DNA of 64,000 nucleotides from Octopus sinensis (Eukaryota), in assembly GCF_006345805.1 (NCBI RefSeq), contig NC_043002.1, positions 33,666,001-33,730,000 on the forward strand, read 5' to 3'. Position 1 is the first letter of the stretch, and every line of letters begins with the position of its first letter. Below the pieces are notes generated by a model, which ran no database searches, had not been told where the DNA came from, and worked only from the letters and a program-made list of their open reading frames with translations. Made by a program: the position numbers and the translations under genes. Below, piece after piece: positions 52,712-64,000 of this stretch.

Positions 52712-55700
52712 TATATTTATAGATGTCATCATCATCATTTAACGTCCGTTTTCCATGCTAGCATGGGTTGGACGGTTCGACCGGGTTCTGGGAAGACAGA
52801 AGGCTGCACCAGGCCCAGTCTGATCTGGCAGTGTTTCTACAGCTTGATACCCTTCCTAACGCCAACCACTCCATGAGTGTAGTGGGTGCTTTTTACGTGC
52901 CGCTGGCACAGGTGCCAAGCGAGGCTGGCAACGACCACGATCGGCTGGTGCTTTTTACGTGCCACCGGCACGGAAACCAGTCAAGGCAGTGCTGGCATTG
53001 GCCACGTTTAGATGGTGCTTTTTATGTGCCATTGGCACAGGGATGACAACTATGATTTCCATATATATATATATATATATATATTTATATGTATATATAT
53101 AGATGTATATGTACATATATGTATTAAAATTGTTGCATTTGAAAAGCTCGTAGTTGGAATTCTGGTCTCAAAAACGTGCCACAGTATGTCAGGGCAACGG
53201 CGACATTGAGCCTTGCACACATCCACTTCAGTCATCTGTTCGCACTCCCGGCCCTATCCGCCGGTGGGTGTGAGGTCGGCCACAGAGCTCTGTGCGGCCC
53301 GACCGTGCACGCACCAGTGAACAGACCTGTGTCGTTCATCTCCAGTCTTTTTAGCAACGGGAAAATATTAACTTGTTTGGAAATGCGAGCTGGTAATTCC
53401 ATCTGACTCATACAAGAATGGAAAAGTGGGACATTGTGCGAGAGAGAGCGTGTGTGTGTGAAAGAGAGAGGGACAGAGAGAGAGTGATTGAGCATGCACT
53501 GTTTACTACAACATTAATAAAGAACTACAGAGAGAACAGAAAAGAGCAGTATTATAACAAAACTTACCATAAATGTCTGAAGTCTTCGAATGTCTTTATC
53601 AATGCTGTACTGACGTTTCAGAACATCTTGAATGGTACCATCCTGACACAGTTTCTAGCAAAGATATAAAGATCCTATATAGACATATACTTCAAACAAT
53701 AAAGGCTAACTCCTGCTTACCATCTATTGACATCATGTTTATCTGTCAGAGTGATAAGGGCCATCTAATCAACCGTGATGATGACTGATAACTCGTTCCA
53801 CTAAAAACTTCAAAATGATGCCCCAGCATGGCCTGTCATCTCATTCAACATTAAGAAAACCAGGAGAGACTGAGGAACCAGCCTCATAGCTTCTATCATA
53901 AAACCAGAAATCAGTGGACGTATGCAAACAGGCTGCAGTCAGTCCCCAGTAGAACAACATCTAACCTACATCAATGTGGATATTGTGAATTCGCTATATT
54001 CCAGTCTAATGTCCCACAAAACACAGACCACATTCTATTGCACTGTTCAACTGTGACACTTGTAGGAAATACGGAACAATCCATGAAGCAAACAAGATTG
54101 ACATCAATTAGATTTCAAGTGTAAATCTGAAGGTGTAAGAGACACCCAGACTAACCACTTTGTCTACTTCTTTCTCTCTTAGATCTGGATTTCTCATACT
54201 ATCCCTCCTTTTCCTTATTTTCTCCATATACACTACATCGGTCTAATATATCAACAAATTCGTTCAGTGTTCCTTTTTGGACTAAAAAAAGTACGAAAAC
54301 ATGTTTAAATGAAAAGATAACAATCTATAAAAAGTACCTCAAGAATCTATTTTCTTTTTACTTTAAATCAATATTTCACCAAAAAAGACTCACCTCAATG
54401 GAATCATTCCACTTTGAAACAAACTTGGAATCAGGAAACGTTTTTGGTAATTTGAGGTATTTTTTAAAGACTTCTGTATATTCTTTGAAGGAGAGTTTGT
54501 TGAACAAAAGGATTTGGCGATGAGAAAAACGAGATTTAACACGTTTTTCTAACAGTTCCATCACATCCTGAAACAACCAAAATCATAGCACAGTGGTATG
54601 AGAGATTATAAGCACCAATCTGAGATCAAAGAGCATTGCTTGCCAGCTAACTACAATACCAAAATATACTACAAATTCGCTGCCATTACATTTTCTTAAA
54701 TTATTTATCAAAAGTGTAATTTTTCTGTTATCTTAACTATTTTAACTAACCACTCAAAGCTATCAGATGTTTTTCACTATCAATGTCTAATACCAAGTTT
54801 TTAATATGAAATATATAACTTATTTGTATTGGACAGTTTGTATTGCTGACAATCTGTCTATTCATCTGGACAGGCACACACAAACATACAGAAGAACCAA
54901 GATATCTGGTGTCTTACTGTACTCAAGAAAACCTACCCACCACAGCAAAAACGGTATCCTAAAACCACTTTGGTAATGCTCTGCGCCATCGACCTTCTCC
55001 CTCCAAGCACGTTTCATCCCCCACCCACAAAGAGCAAACACTACTCATATCAAGAATCACACTCCTAAGCATGAGCATCACTCAGCTGAAATCCTCATGC
55101 TTGATCCATATACAAGTTCTCACAATCACCAGGAATATTTCCTGGCAAAAGCATATCCTAGCATAGCTAGCACTGCATCGCAAAGAGAAGCCCTTCTCTT
55201 TAGGGGCAGAAGATATTCCACTCCCCAACAACAGCTGACACTCTACAAGACTCAAGTGATGCCAACATGGAATAATACTCCCGTATCTGAAGTAATGCTG
55301 CTGCTATTCACACAGGCATCCTGGATCAAATCCAATGCAGACTGGTTGGAATTCCAACTCAGTATTAACTGCAGGTGCGATAATAATGACTATTGAGGTG
55401 GTAAGTGGCCAAATCAGCGTAAGGGCCAACAACATATCTTGCAGTATTTAACCTTTAGCACACTGTAGGTGCATCATGTCACCATATGAATTTTCTCCCC
55501 TGTAGTAACAGGGCAGTGATAGGGGAAACAATTCTAGAGAAAATGCAGCATGCTAAAGGTTAAATATGTCCTTTACATTCTGAGTGGTAGACTTTGCCTC
55601 TCAGCTTTCCAAGGTTGATAAAATAAGTACCACTCATGTAATAAGGTTAATTAAATAAATTATACCTTTGCCTTGACATTTCTGACCTTGTGTCTATGTT

Positions 55701-56710
55701 TGTATATTAATGCCATCATTATTTTACTTCTCAGAGCTCTCAATTTTAATTGCTCCAGTTAATTCGGTGATAGCAGACAGGTCTCACAGGGTATTGTTAT
55801 TATTATCATTATTATTATCATTTTACTTCTCAGAGCTCTAGGTCTGATAAGGGTACACAAGGCCTCACAACCATATGTGCGTAACATTGTGATCTCATAT
55901 CAAGATTAACAGCACATGGCCTGGCAGATGGGGCCCAGTTAGAATTTTCTTCAGGTTGAGTAGCCTATCCTGTTTAAAAGGTCCCTGAATAAGGGTTGCT
56001 TAAGGATGTTGAACAAAACACTCATGTTTCTAAAGGTGAATTATTCAACTCCAAAGAATTCCTCTCAACACATGGCTATAATGCTCCCCCACTACTTCTA
56101 CTCGTGATCAGAGATGCACATATCTTCAGCCACTAAGGGACATGCTCAACTGGTTAAGGTCAAACAACTGACAAGCAAACCTGTGGTACGGAGCAGAATA
56201 TTTGCTGTAGCCAATCTTCTTTGTAGCCCATCTTTTATTATTATCATTATTAAGGCAGTGAGTTGGTAGAATCGTTAGCACGCCAGGTAAAATACTGAGT
56301 GGTATTTTGTCCGTCCTTACATTCTGAGTTCAAATTCTGCCAAGGTCAGCTTTGCCTTTCATCCTTTCAGGGATTTTTAAAATAAGTACCAGTTAGGCAT
56401 TGGGATAATTCTAATTGACTTACTCTACCCCTGAACTTGCTGGCCTTGTACCAAAATCTGAAATCATTATTATTATTATTATTATAAAAAGTAGTAGTAG
56501 TAGACACAGGAGCAGTAGTATCAAATGAAGTATCAGAAGGAGTAAAGTAGATATGACTTACAAAGCGACAAGTTACACCAATGATAGTGATTGGGGCCTG
56601 AGCAGACTGAGCTATATCAAAGAGGTTGTAGAGTAAGGTTTGGTTCCGATGCTGGGCAAAAAGATCAAATTCATCAAGAATGAACAGAATTGGTTTACTG
56701 TGTTGACCAC
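42282..56710 (-). CDS. ORC4: Origin recognition complex subunit 4, 3' part (7 exons joined: 56562-56710, 54394-54567, 53568-53654, 46015-46123, 44855-44950, 43351-43415, 42282-42464); 5' exons not found in the window
   Basis: Spliced translation (863 nt, frame preserved) reads [25 protein letters not shown] (Walker B), [63 protein letters not shown]...[14 protein letters not shown]. This matches human ORC4 as recalled. All junctions are AG/GT. Confidence 0.97.
43351..43415 (-). CDS. ORC4: ORC4 exon, 65 nt
   Basis: cataaag|AA TAT...TTG AAA|gtgagt; (E)[21 protein letters not shown]. Confidence 0.9.
43515..43932 (-). mobile_element. SINE family A, diverged
   Basis: Reverse complement of family A. 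Confidence 0.85.
43985..44265 (-). mobile_element. SINE family C copy
   Basis: Co-linear with 4805-5143. Confidence 0.8.
44458..44503 (-). ncRNA. Hammerhead fold with A14G core mutation (probably inactive)
   Basis: ACAC-CTGATGA-a-GGCTG..CAGCC-GAGA-T-GT-T-GTGT. Confidence 0.6.
44855..44950 (-). CDS. ORC4: ORC4 exon, 96 nt
   Basis: aatgtag|GT TTG...TAT AAT G|gtaagt; (G)[31 protein letters not shown](E). Confidence 0.96.
45025..45330 (-). mobile_element. Abundant repeat with (GAT)n tail and tandem subunits of about 55 bp (LINE 3' end or partner SINE)
   Basis: CCGTCCAACCCATGCTAGCATGGAAAGCGGA..TTAAACGATGATG tail; other copies at 49135-49560 (+), 49680-50130 (-), 52730-53045 (-) and 59215-59455 (+). 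Confidence 0.8.
46015..46123 (-). CDS. ORC4: ORC4 exon, 109 nt
   Basis: atttcag|ATG GGA...TTA CAT G|gtaaga; [36 protein letters not shown](G). Confidence 0.92.
47381..48265 (+). mobile_element. Internally deleted Tc1/mariner (DD37D/maT-like) transposon
   Basis: TA-CAGGGTGC left end, degenerate right end; [28 protein letters not shown]. Confidence 0.85.
48270..48550 (+). mobile_element. Possible non-autonomous Helitron-like element, 5' part
   Basis: A|TCTATATATATAAAA start followed by a TG/TC tract. Confidence 0.4.
48640..48995 (-). mobile_element. mariner transposase C-terminal remnant
   Basis: [25 protein letters not shown] (cf. HPPYSPDLAPSDYHLF). Confidence 0.8.
50320..50545 (-). mobile_element. 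SINE family B, full length
   Basis: Reverse complement of 4144-4353. Confidence 0.85.
51775..52165 (+). mobile_element. SINE family A with a short internal deletion
   Basis: Family A head and tail. Confidence 0.88.
53175..53347. other. GC-rich structured segment in an ORC4 intron (candidate ncRNA)
   Basis: Nested pairings TCTGTTC/GAACAGA, GGTG.GTG/CAC.CACC, GGTCGG/CCGACC, CACAGAG/CTCTGTG and CCGG/CCGG. Confidence 0.45.
53568..53654 (-). CDS. ORC4: ORC4 exon, 87 nt
   Basis: ttgctag|AAA CTG...TTT ATG|gtaagt; [29 protein letters not shown]. Confidence 0.92.
54394..54567 (-). CDS. ORC4: ORC4 exon, 174 nt
   Basis: tttcag|GAT GTG...ATT GAG|gtgagt; [58 protein letters not shown]. Confidence 0.97.
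55150..55330 (+). mobile_element. LINE RT C-terminal fragment
   Basis: [25 protein letters not shown] resembles LFR..KYFT..QLL.LYKAQ.RP. Confidence 0.55.
56253..56465 (+). mobile_element. SINE family B, diverged
   Basis: Head and core match family B. Confidence 0.75.
56562..56710 (-). CDS. ORC4: ORC4 exon (Walker B), 149 nt
   Basis: ttcttag|GT GGT CAA...TGT CGC TTT|gtaagt; (G)[49 protein letters not shown]. Confidence 0.96.
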
Positions 56711-56957
56711 CTAAGAATGGAAAAATGAGATGAGTAGCAAGAACATAAATAGGGTCACATAAACATTATTTTACTTCACACACATCAAAATACACAAACA
56801 CACATATTTGACTGTGTAGTTAAGAAGTTCACTTCATAACCACATGGGGTTTAGGTTCAATCCCATTGTGTGGCACTTTGAGCAAATGTTTTCTATTATA
56901 ACCTCAAGCCAACCAATACTTTTTGATGAAATAGGGTCAATGGAAACTGTATGGAGT

Positions 56958-57255
56958 GGAGGCGCAATGGCCCAGTGGTTAGGGCAGCAGACTCAGTCGG
57001 AGGATTGTGGTTTCGATTCCCAGACCAGGCGTGTGAGTTTATTGAGCGAAAACACCTAAAACTCCATGAGGCTCCGGCAGGGGGGAGTGGCAACCCCTGT
57101 TGTACTCTTTCGCCCCCAACTTTCTCTTACTCTCTCTTCCTGTTTCTTGAGTGACACTGCTATGGACCCGGAATCCTGTCCAGCTGGGGGGAACACATAC
57201 GCCACAGAAACTGGGAAACCAGGCCCATGAGCCTGGCTAGGCTTGAAATGGGCGA
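56958..57255 (+). mobile_element. tRNA-derived SINE, family E
   Basis: GGCGCAATGGCCCAGTGGTTAGG A-box and GGTTTCGATTCCC B-box followed by a non-tRNA body. Confidence 0.7.
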
Positions 57256-58456
57256 GAGATAGAGAAACTGTATGGAAGCTAATCAGGTGTGTATGTCTTT
57301 GTGTTTCCACAGATCTTCACACAGACACACTAGGTAAGTCATTATCATCATTGTTTCAAATGTCAACTTTTCTATGCTTAACCCTTTCGTTACCAACCCG
57401 GCCAAAACCGGCTCTGGCTCTGTAGTACAAATGTCTTGTTTTCATAAGTTTTGCATCAAAATATACCACCAAACCTTAGTCGCAATTTATATTACTAACA
57501 CTAGCTTAATGATAACTAGGTTATTTTACTAAATTCTTTGTTATATTTTAAATAATTGAAAGAAACACAGAGCATCTTAAAATAAATACAGTAACGAAAG
57601 GGTTAAATAGGTCTGACAGAATTTTGTTGAGGTGGATTTTCTACAGCCGGATACCCTTCCTATTGCCAACCCTTGCCTATTTCCAAGTGAGGAAATATTT
57701 TTGCCATGGCCAGACATGATTTCACAGAAGATTGGGAATGAGGAACACCTCTTACACTGCACCACAAAGACACTCATTTATGACTATCACTTGATATCAG
57801 GGCAAAGAAGCAATAACACACACAGATACAACAGGCTTCTTTTAGTTTCCATTTGCCAAATCCACCCACAGCACTTTGGAGCGGAAGATATATGCTCAAA
57901 TTGCCATAGAGTAGGATTGAACACAGAACTATGTGGCTAGGAAGCAAACTTCTTATTTCTTTATTACCCACAAGAAGCTTTTTTGGAGCAACATGAAATG
58001 AAGTATTTTGCTCAAGAACACAGCGCATTGCTTGGTCCAGGAATCAAAACCGTAACCTTACGATCATGAGTTCAACACCCTAACCACTAGGTCACGCACC
58101 TCCACTTCTTACCACACAATCACACCTGTGCCTAACCCAGCCTGTGCTGGTATCCTGCATAAATAATATGTACGACAGCTTTGACACTTTCACCTCCAGT
58201 GTCTGATCTATGTGCTTTTCCATTTTTATTTGGGTATATAATGCAACAAAGCAGTGGGGAAGGAAGTATATACATGACGCACTACTATTAGTACATGAGA
58301 CTCACTCTATATCAAAGGCTCACAGGGAATTGCTACCAACGTCTGTACTCATAGAGTAACTTGCTTATCTATCTTTCTCTCTACGAAATTTAACCCTCTT
58401 TAACGTTCAATCCTTAATTCCATCTTTCCACCATTCGGCGGTGCCACCGCCCTCCC

Positions 58457-58812
58457 ACCCCCACCACCAATACCGGTGAACACTTCTCACCCCCACCACC
58501 AATACCGGTGAACACTTCTCACCCCCACCACCAATACCGGTGAACACTTCTCACCCCCACCACCAATACCGTGAACACTTCTCACCCCCACCACCAATAC
58601 CGGTGAACACTTCTCACCCCCACCACCAATACCGGTGAACACTTCTCACCCCCACCACCAATACCGGTGAACACTTCTCACCCCCACCACCAATATCGGT
58701 GAACACTTCTCACCCCCACCACCAATACCGGTGAACACTTCTCACCCCCACCACCAATACCAGTGAACACTTCTCACCACCAATACCGGTGAACACTTCT
58801 CACCATCTACAC
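58457..58812. repeat. 32 bp minisatellite, about 10-11 copies
   Basis: Unit AATACCGGTGAACACTTCTCACCCCCACCACC, period 32. Confidence 0.97.
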
Positions 58813-60079
58813 CGGATATGCCCTCCTCTCTCCTCCTCCCCCACCACCATTGCGTGTGTCTCTCCCTCCTACCCCTCCTTCTCACATGCTTTCACTATGT
58901 ACTACCCCTTCCCCCCACCAAGACAAGCTGCTAGCACCGCAGCTCATTAACTGCCCCACTGATCTTGTTTAGAATCCTGTTTAGAATCTGTCACTGCCTC
59001 AATCCAACTATCTCCTTCCAGTCCCCTCCCCGTCTCGTGATATCCTACGTTTTTATTTCTTCTGCACCAACCCTTCCTTGTCATCGTTCCTCCTTACCCA
59101 ACCTTCCCCACTGGTGCTTCCCTATATTACCTGCAACCCCCCCCACTATCTCTCCCTCTCTTTCCACTGGTGGAACCTTTCTCAGCTAGACCCCCCCCCC
59201 CAACTCAACTCTAAAAAAAAAAAGCTCGAACCGATCGTGACCGATGCCGGACCCCCCGGCCCCTGTGCAGGTGGCACGTAAAAAGCACCCACTCCACTCG
59301 CGGAGTGATTGGCGTTAGGAAGGGCATCCAGCCGTAGAAACTCTGCCAGATCAGACTGGAGCCTGGAGCGGCCTCTAGCTTCCCAGACCCCGGTCAAACC
59401 GTCCAACCCGTGCTAGCGCGGAAAACGGACGTTAAACGATGATGATGATGATGAACAACAAATCACTCACAGTCCATAATGAGACAGTCCACCTTTAGTC
59501 ACTTGGTGGGGTGGTCGGAGTCCTTCCACAACAATTTTTTTTTATGGATAGACATCTTTTCTATTACTGTAACATCATTAATACATATAGCAACAATGAT
59601 ATTACTGTAACACTATTACAATATATATACATGATATATACATATTCTGAACCACAGCTTATAGTGGTTACATATATACACACACATATACATATATATA
59701 TATACACAAACACATATACACACACACATACACAAACACACACACGCATACATGGACTCTCCTGTTGAGGGCAACGTACAAGCATTCAATGACCTGCACA
59801 AATGATTTGTTTATAGTGATCAAATGTATGCGTTATACACCAGCTCATTTAAATCAATATTGCTTGCACAGGTGCACGGTGTACAATATGTTAGGTGTTG
59901 AAATGATTACAGAACAACGCGAGATGAAGTGCTTTGCTGAAGAACACAATGCACCACCCGGTCTAGGAACTGAAACCACAATCTTACATCCATCAATGCA
60001 ACACCCTAACCCTAACACCTTAGGCCCAAAGCCCTCAATATATATGTGTGTGTGTGTGTGTGTTCCCTAATAAGTGAGA

Positions 60080-61140
60080 AAATTGGCAGGACCCAACCCG
60101 ACTCAGGTAGGTAGCCCTGTTCAATTTGTAGAAAAAGTGTAGGCAGAAATTCCATATGGTGTACCAAGTGTAAGCTATGCTCACACAATAAGTGCAGTGG
60201 ATTAATAGGAAGGTTATCGGAGAAGATGGTTTTCATATGTGGAAGATGCACAGGATCCATAAAAACTTTAGAGACATGGGAAATTGAGTCTCACAAATAT
60301 CCTGGCGGCTCATCAGAGGTAGTAGATAACCTCTGCCACCTAGAGGATCAAATTAGTAGTTGGGGAAAATGCACAGAGAGTGTGATAGCTAGAATAAGAA
60401 TACGATGGAGGAAATTCAGAGATGTTACCTCTGTTAGCCACAAAATTTTTCTCTGAGTGAAAGGAAGAATATATGATGGATCTATACAGGCAACAATTCT
60501 ATATGGTAGTGAGATATGGGCCTTGAATGCAGAGGGCATGTAGAGGTTAAAAAGGAATGAGGCTAGTATGCTCTGCCGGATCTGTAATGTAAGAGTACAT
60601 GTTCAACAGAGTGCTAGTGTTTTGAGAAAGAAGTTAGGCATAAAAGGAATTAGTTGCTGTGTGCACTCATCATCATCATTCATCATTGTTCAACCGTGAT
60701 CAAGACAATGGAATTTACCATGCTACGCTAGACTTCACGGTCCATCATGGCATTACGGAGGTCCTGTTGCTGGATGCCTGTATCCCTGGAGATTACATCA
60801 GGGTAGGAGAGTGTGCACCCTCTGGTATTGCGAGTAGATGGCTTCCAGACGAGAAGAGTAGAAATTGCCTCGTTTTCAGCTCTACAACAATGTCCAGCAA
60901 ACTGGACTCTCCTACCTTTCACAAGAGATGTGTACACTGGTTTAGTCATATGATGCGGATGGATGTTGATAGCTCCATAAAAAAGTGCTGATCTTTCAAA
61001 GTAGATGGAATACATGGAAGTGGAAGCCCCAGGAAAATATGGGAAGAAGTACAGAAGAACAACCTCAGGACACTGAACATTTCAGGTGAGATGACAAAGG
61101 ATCAAGGTGCCTGGCGCCTTGCTGTACTCAAGAAGACACA
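60080..61140 (+). mobile_element. Degraded RTE-clade LINE 3' part, interrupted by another LINE
   Basis: ARIRIRWRKF, ILYGSEIWAL, LHWFSHMMRMD, PRKIWEEV. Confidence 0.8.
60665..60925 (-). mobile_element. Nested LINE 3' end with (ATG)n tail
   Basis: RRVQFAGHCCRAENEAISTLLVWKP...LRNAMMDREV. Confidence 0.75.
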
Positions 61141-61935
61141 TATTCTGCAGCAGAAATGTTAAGTCCGGTGCCTCTGGTGGTGCAAAGCACTCATGGCATT
61201 GCCACATGAAAGCGTCTATGTGAGGCCACTTAAAAGTGTATTGTATTCTTGAGCAAACACTTTATTTCACATTGCTCCAGGTCACCAATCTGTAAATGGG
61301 TACCCCTGTGTCAGACTTCTGTTCTGTTTAGGGGAAAATGTTGACTTGCCCACCAAGCCAGATGGTGTGGGTGGCATCAGTCAAAAGAGCAACGACAATG
61401 CAAGGAAGTGCAGTGTTACAAGCAGGGTATAACAACATCCAATAGCCAGGTCAATAGTGACACACACACATATATATACGTATATACAGAGCAATTACAT
61501 TGCTATATCAATATACATACAACAATGATATTACTGAAACAAATATCATGAACATATATCATCACTCACTAAATTTGTGTTAATTACTTACATCTCCATT
61601 CATTGAAAAGGTCCAACAAAGCTATTAAATTTCAAATTAGTTCATATCCACAAAGGTCATGATTTTATCAGCCACATTAACATAATTTATGCTCTTCCAT
61701 ACTGGCATTAAATTGAGAACCCCATTTCATAACATTATCTCACCTATGACTATCAACCTCTAAATCTCTTTCACACCTCATGTTACCACTACTACCAACT
61801 CAAAACATTTTAACAAGACTTCAGTCTATGGTAGTTTGATTTTGTAGTTCAATCAACGGGCAAGTGGTCAATTCATGGGTGTTCAGTTTATGGCAATTAT
61901 ATTTATGAGTTCAAAGGAAATATTAACCATATTTA

Positions 61936-62054
61936 TCTTACGGCCATATCATGTTGAAAGCACTGGTTCTCGTCCGATCGCTGAAGTTAAGCAATGTCAA
62001 GCCTAGTTACTACTTAGATAGGTGACCGCTTGGGAAACCTAGATGCTGTAAGCA
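61936..62054 (+). pseudogene. 5S rRNA pseudogene
   Basis: CTTACGGCCATATC..GTTCTCGTCCGATC..GAAGTTAAGC..GGTGACCGCTTGGGAA..GCTGTAAGC then AAATTTTT; several substitutions consistent with CpG decay. Confidence 0.9.
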
Positions 62055-62063
62055 AATTTTTAT

Positions 62064-62645
62064 AGGCGTAAGAGTGGCTGTGTGGAAAGTAGCTTGCTTA
62101 AGAACCACATGGTTCCAGGCTCAGTCCCACTGTGTGGCACCTTGGGCAATGTGTCTTCTACTATAGCTTCAGGCCGACCAAAGCCTTGTGAGTAGATTTG
62201 GTAGACGGAAACTGAAAGAAGCCCGTCGTATATATGTGTGTATATACTGGAGTAAACACATAAATGTGAAACAAGGTGGAAAAAAGAGTACTCAAATACC
62301 AGAGGTAGAGTAATATGCTTTATTTCATTTTGTTAAAACTGTCCGACAAATGGGAACGCGAAACTCTGAGTAACAGCTTTTGTTAAATTTCTGCTGCTTT
62401 TAAATAAAGTATATATATATATATATGCGTGTGTTTATGTTTGTGTGTCTGTGTTTGTACCCCCAACATCGCTTGACAACCGATGCTGGTGTGTTTACGT
62501 TCCCGTAACTTAGCGCTTCAGCAAAAGTATCCGATAGAATAAGTACTAGGCTTACAAAGAATAAGTCCTGGGGTCGATTTGCTTGACTAAAGGCGGTGCT
62601 CCAGTATGGCCACAGTCAAATGACTGAAACAAGTAAAAGAGAGTA
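62064..62645 (+). mobile_element. SINE family A split by an insert of about 170 bp at its microsatellite
   Basis: Head 62064-62245, tail 62420-62645. Confidence 0.8.
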
Positions 62646-62745
62646 TATGAACTTCTCAAATAGCTTATCACATCAGCTAATGAGCCCTCACTCTATTCCC
62701 TAAAATGTCACTGCTATTACTGTCAAATAGCTATCTAAACACATA

Positions 62746-63868
62746 CGAGGGGGTATCAAAAAGTTCCCAGACTAGTTCTGTAGCACACCAACAGATGGCA
62801 GCACATGGTTGCGTGTGCAGTGAAAGCTAGCAGTGACCTTCATGAGCCAGTGTGCTGAGTGACATAGCTGTGTTTACTTTGCAAATTGTGAAATTTGTGT
62901 TTTTGTGATCACATGTATGCAGTAGTTTGCAATTACTGTCAAAGACAGGAAGTTGGAACAAAGAGCCAATGTGAATTTTGAATTAAACTTGGGAAGTCAG
63001 CCACAGAGACATGAAGCATGCTTCAGCAAGCTTACAGCCACAAGGCAATGGATCGTATGCAATGTTTCAAATGGCACAGGGGCACAACAGAGCCACAGCT
63101 CAATCGACAACATACTCATTGTTTATTTCAACATATCAATAGAAGTGACTTTTTTTTAATTTTCTATCCAAAACCCAATCAAAGTTCCCGAAACTTGATA
63201 CGCGAATTGAATGCTAGCTAGCTGTATGTGATTGGTTGGAGATTTGGACAGTACTCGCATGTAACTGTACAAGCACGCAGCTGTATATGCATGTACTAGC
63301 ACTATGACCTGGCAACATCAGAGGGTAACATAAATAAAAGTGTGAATCTTTCCCATAATTTTCAAGTGGTATTGTGCACCAAAAATTCCCACCACCCCCA
63401 CCCCGAGGGCCAGACTGTTAATCAATAATTCTACTGTAACATTTTGAAGCAGCTGAACGAGAACATTCAGCGAAAGCAACAGGACCTGTGGTACGTGAAG
63501 AATTGGATCCTTCACAACAACAATGCACCCTCTCACCAAGCTCTCCTAACTTGTGAGTTTCTCGCTTCTGCACCTGCCCTATTCACCAGACTTAGCACCT
63601 GCAGACTTCCATTTCTTCCCCAAGATGAAAATGCAGCACAAAGGTCGCCATTTCAACACTGTTGTTGAGACCCAGAGTAAATCGCAGAAGGTTCTCAACT
63701 CACTTGCAGAAAACAACTTCCAGGCTGGATTCCAAAAGTAGCAGGAACACTGGAACTGGTGTATATTGCCGCACAAGGTGACTATATCGAAGGAGATGGG
63801 GTTAAAACTTAGGTAAACAAGTAATTTTTTATTAAACACTAGTCCAAGAACTTTTTGATACCAGCTCG
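62746..63868 (+). mobile_element. mariner transposon remnant with TIRs
   Basis: TA-CGAGGGGGTATCAAAAAGTT left, AACTTTTTGATACCAGCTCG right; WILHNNNAPSH, PYSPDLAPADFHFFPKMK. Confidence 0.88.
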
Positions 63869-64000
63869 CACATCAATTATATAATATATTTTTTGAAGAA
63901 ATAAAACCCCTTTGTTATTAACACAGTTAGCAGTCTCTTGCACTTTTCTCTCTACAAGCTCACCCTTTTTAACCCTATTTACAGAACTGTGTAAATGAAG

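Noticed and set aside
53170-53560. Telomerase RNA, 7SK or vault RNA identity for the intronic structure
   Set aside because: No TTAGGG-complementary template upstream, no GATC pair or correctly placed GGATGTG/CACATCC, and no matching 5' stem or B-box.
56958-57030. Functional tRNA gene
   Set aside because: No acceptor stem or terminator; continues into a SINE body.
58457-58812. CRISPR-like array
   Set aside because: Pure tandem repeat with no unique spacers; eukaryotic context and no cas genes.
63958-64000. Upstream ORC4 exon ending KKG|gtgagc
   Set aside because: The preceding residues (LHLHSSVNRV) do not resemble the expected GSFAENLSFLLEAL.

Overview
AT-rich, repeat-dense animal genomic DNA. 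The SINE and LINE families look like Octopus (cephalopod); that is inferred from repeat similarity, not proven. One host gene is supported: the last 7 coding exons of ORC4 on the minus strand (42282-56710), with canonical GT-AG sites and a continuous frame. The rest is mobile DNA: a Ty3/Gypsy gag-pol (17321-21438, minus) inside a 1.26 kb direct duplication; three Naiad-type Penelope-like retroelement (PLE) pieces, one nearly full length with an Asn-rich linker; CR1, R4/Dong and RTE LINE fragments; four Tc1/mariner remnants; a possible Merlin remnant; many tRNA-derived SINEs; a 5S rRNA pseudogene; and long microsatellites. The most notable signal is six hammerhead-ribozyme folds in short PLE-type termini, most of them next to (TA)n tracts. 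They include a 450 bp palindrome with two back-to-back hammerheads, a CCGACGA core variant and an A14G-disabled copy on the ORC4 sense strand. Most frameshifts examined in the young elements are single-base losses in short homopolymers, which suggests assembly error, so some elements may be intact. All alignments were done by eye; no searches were run.
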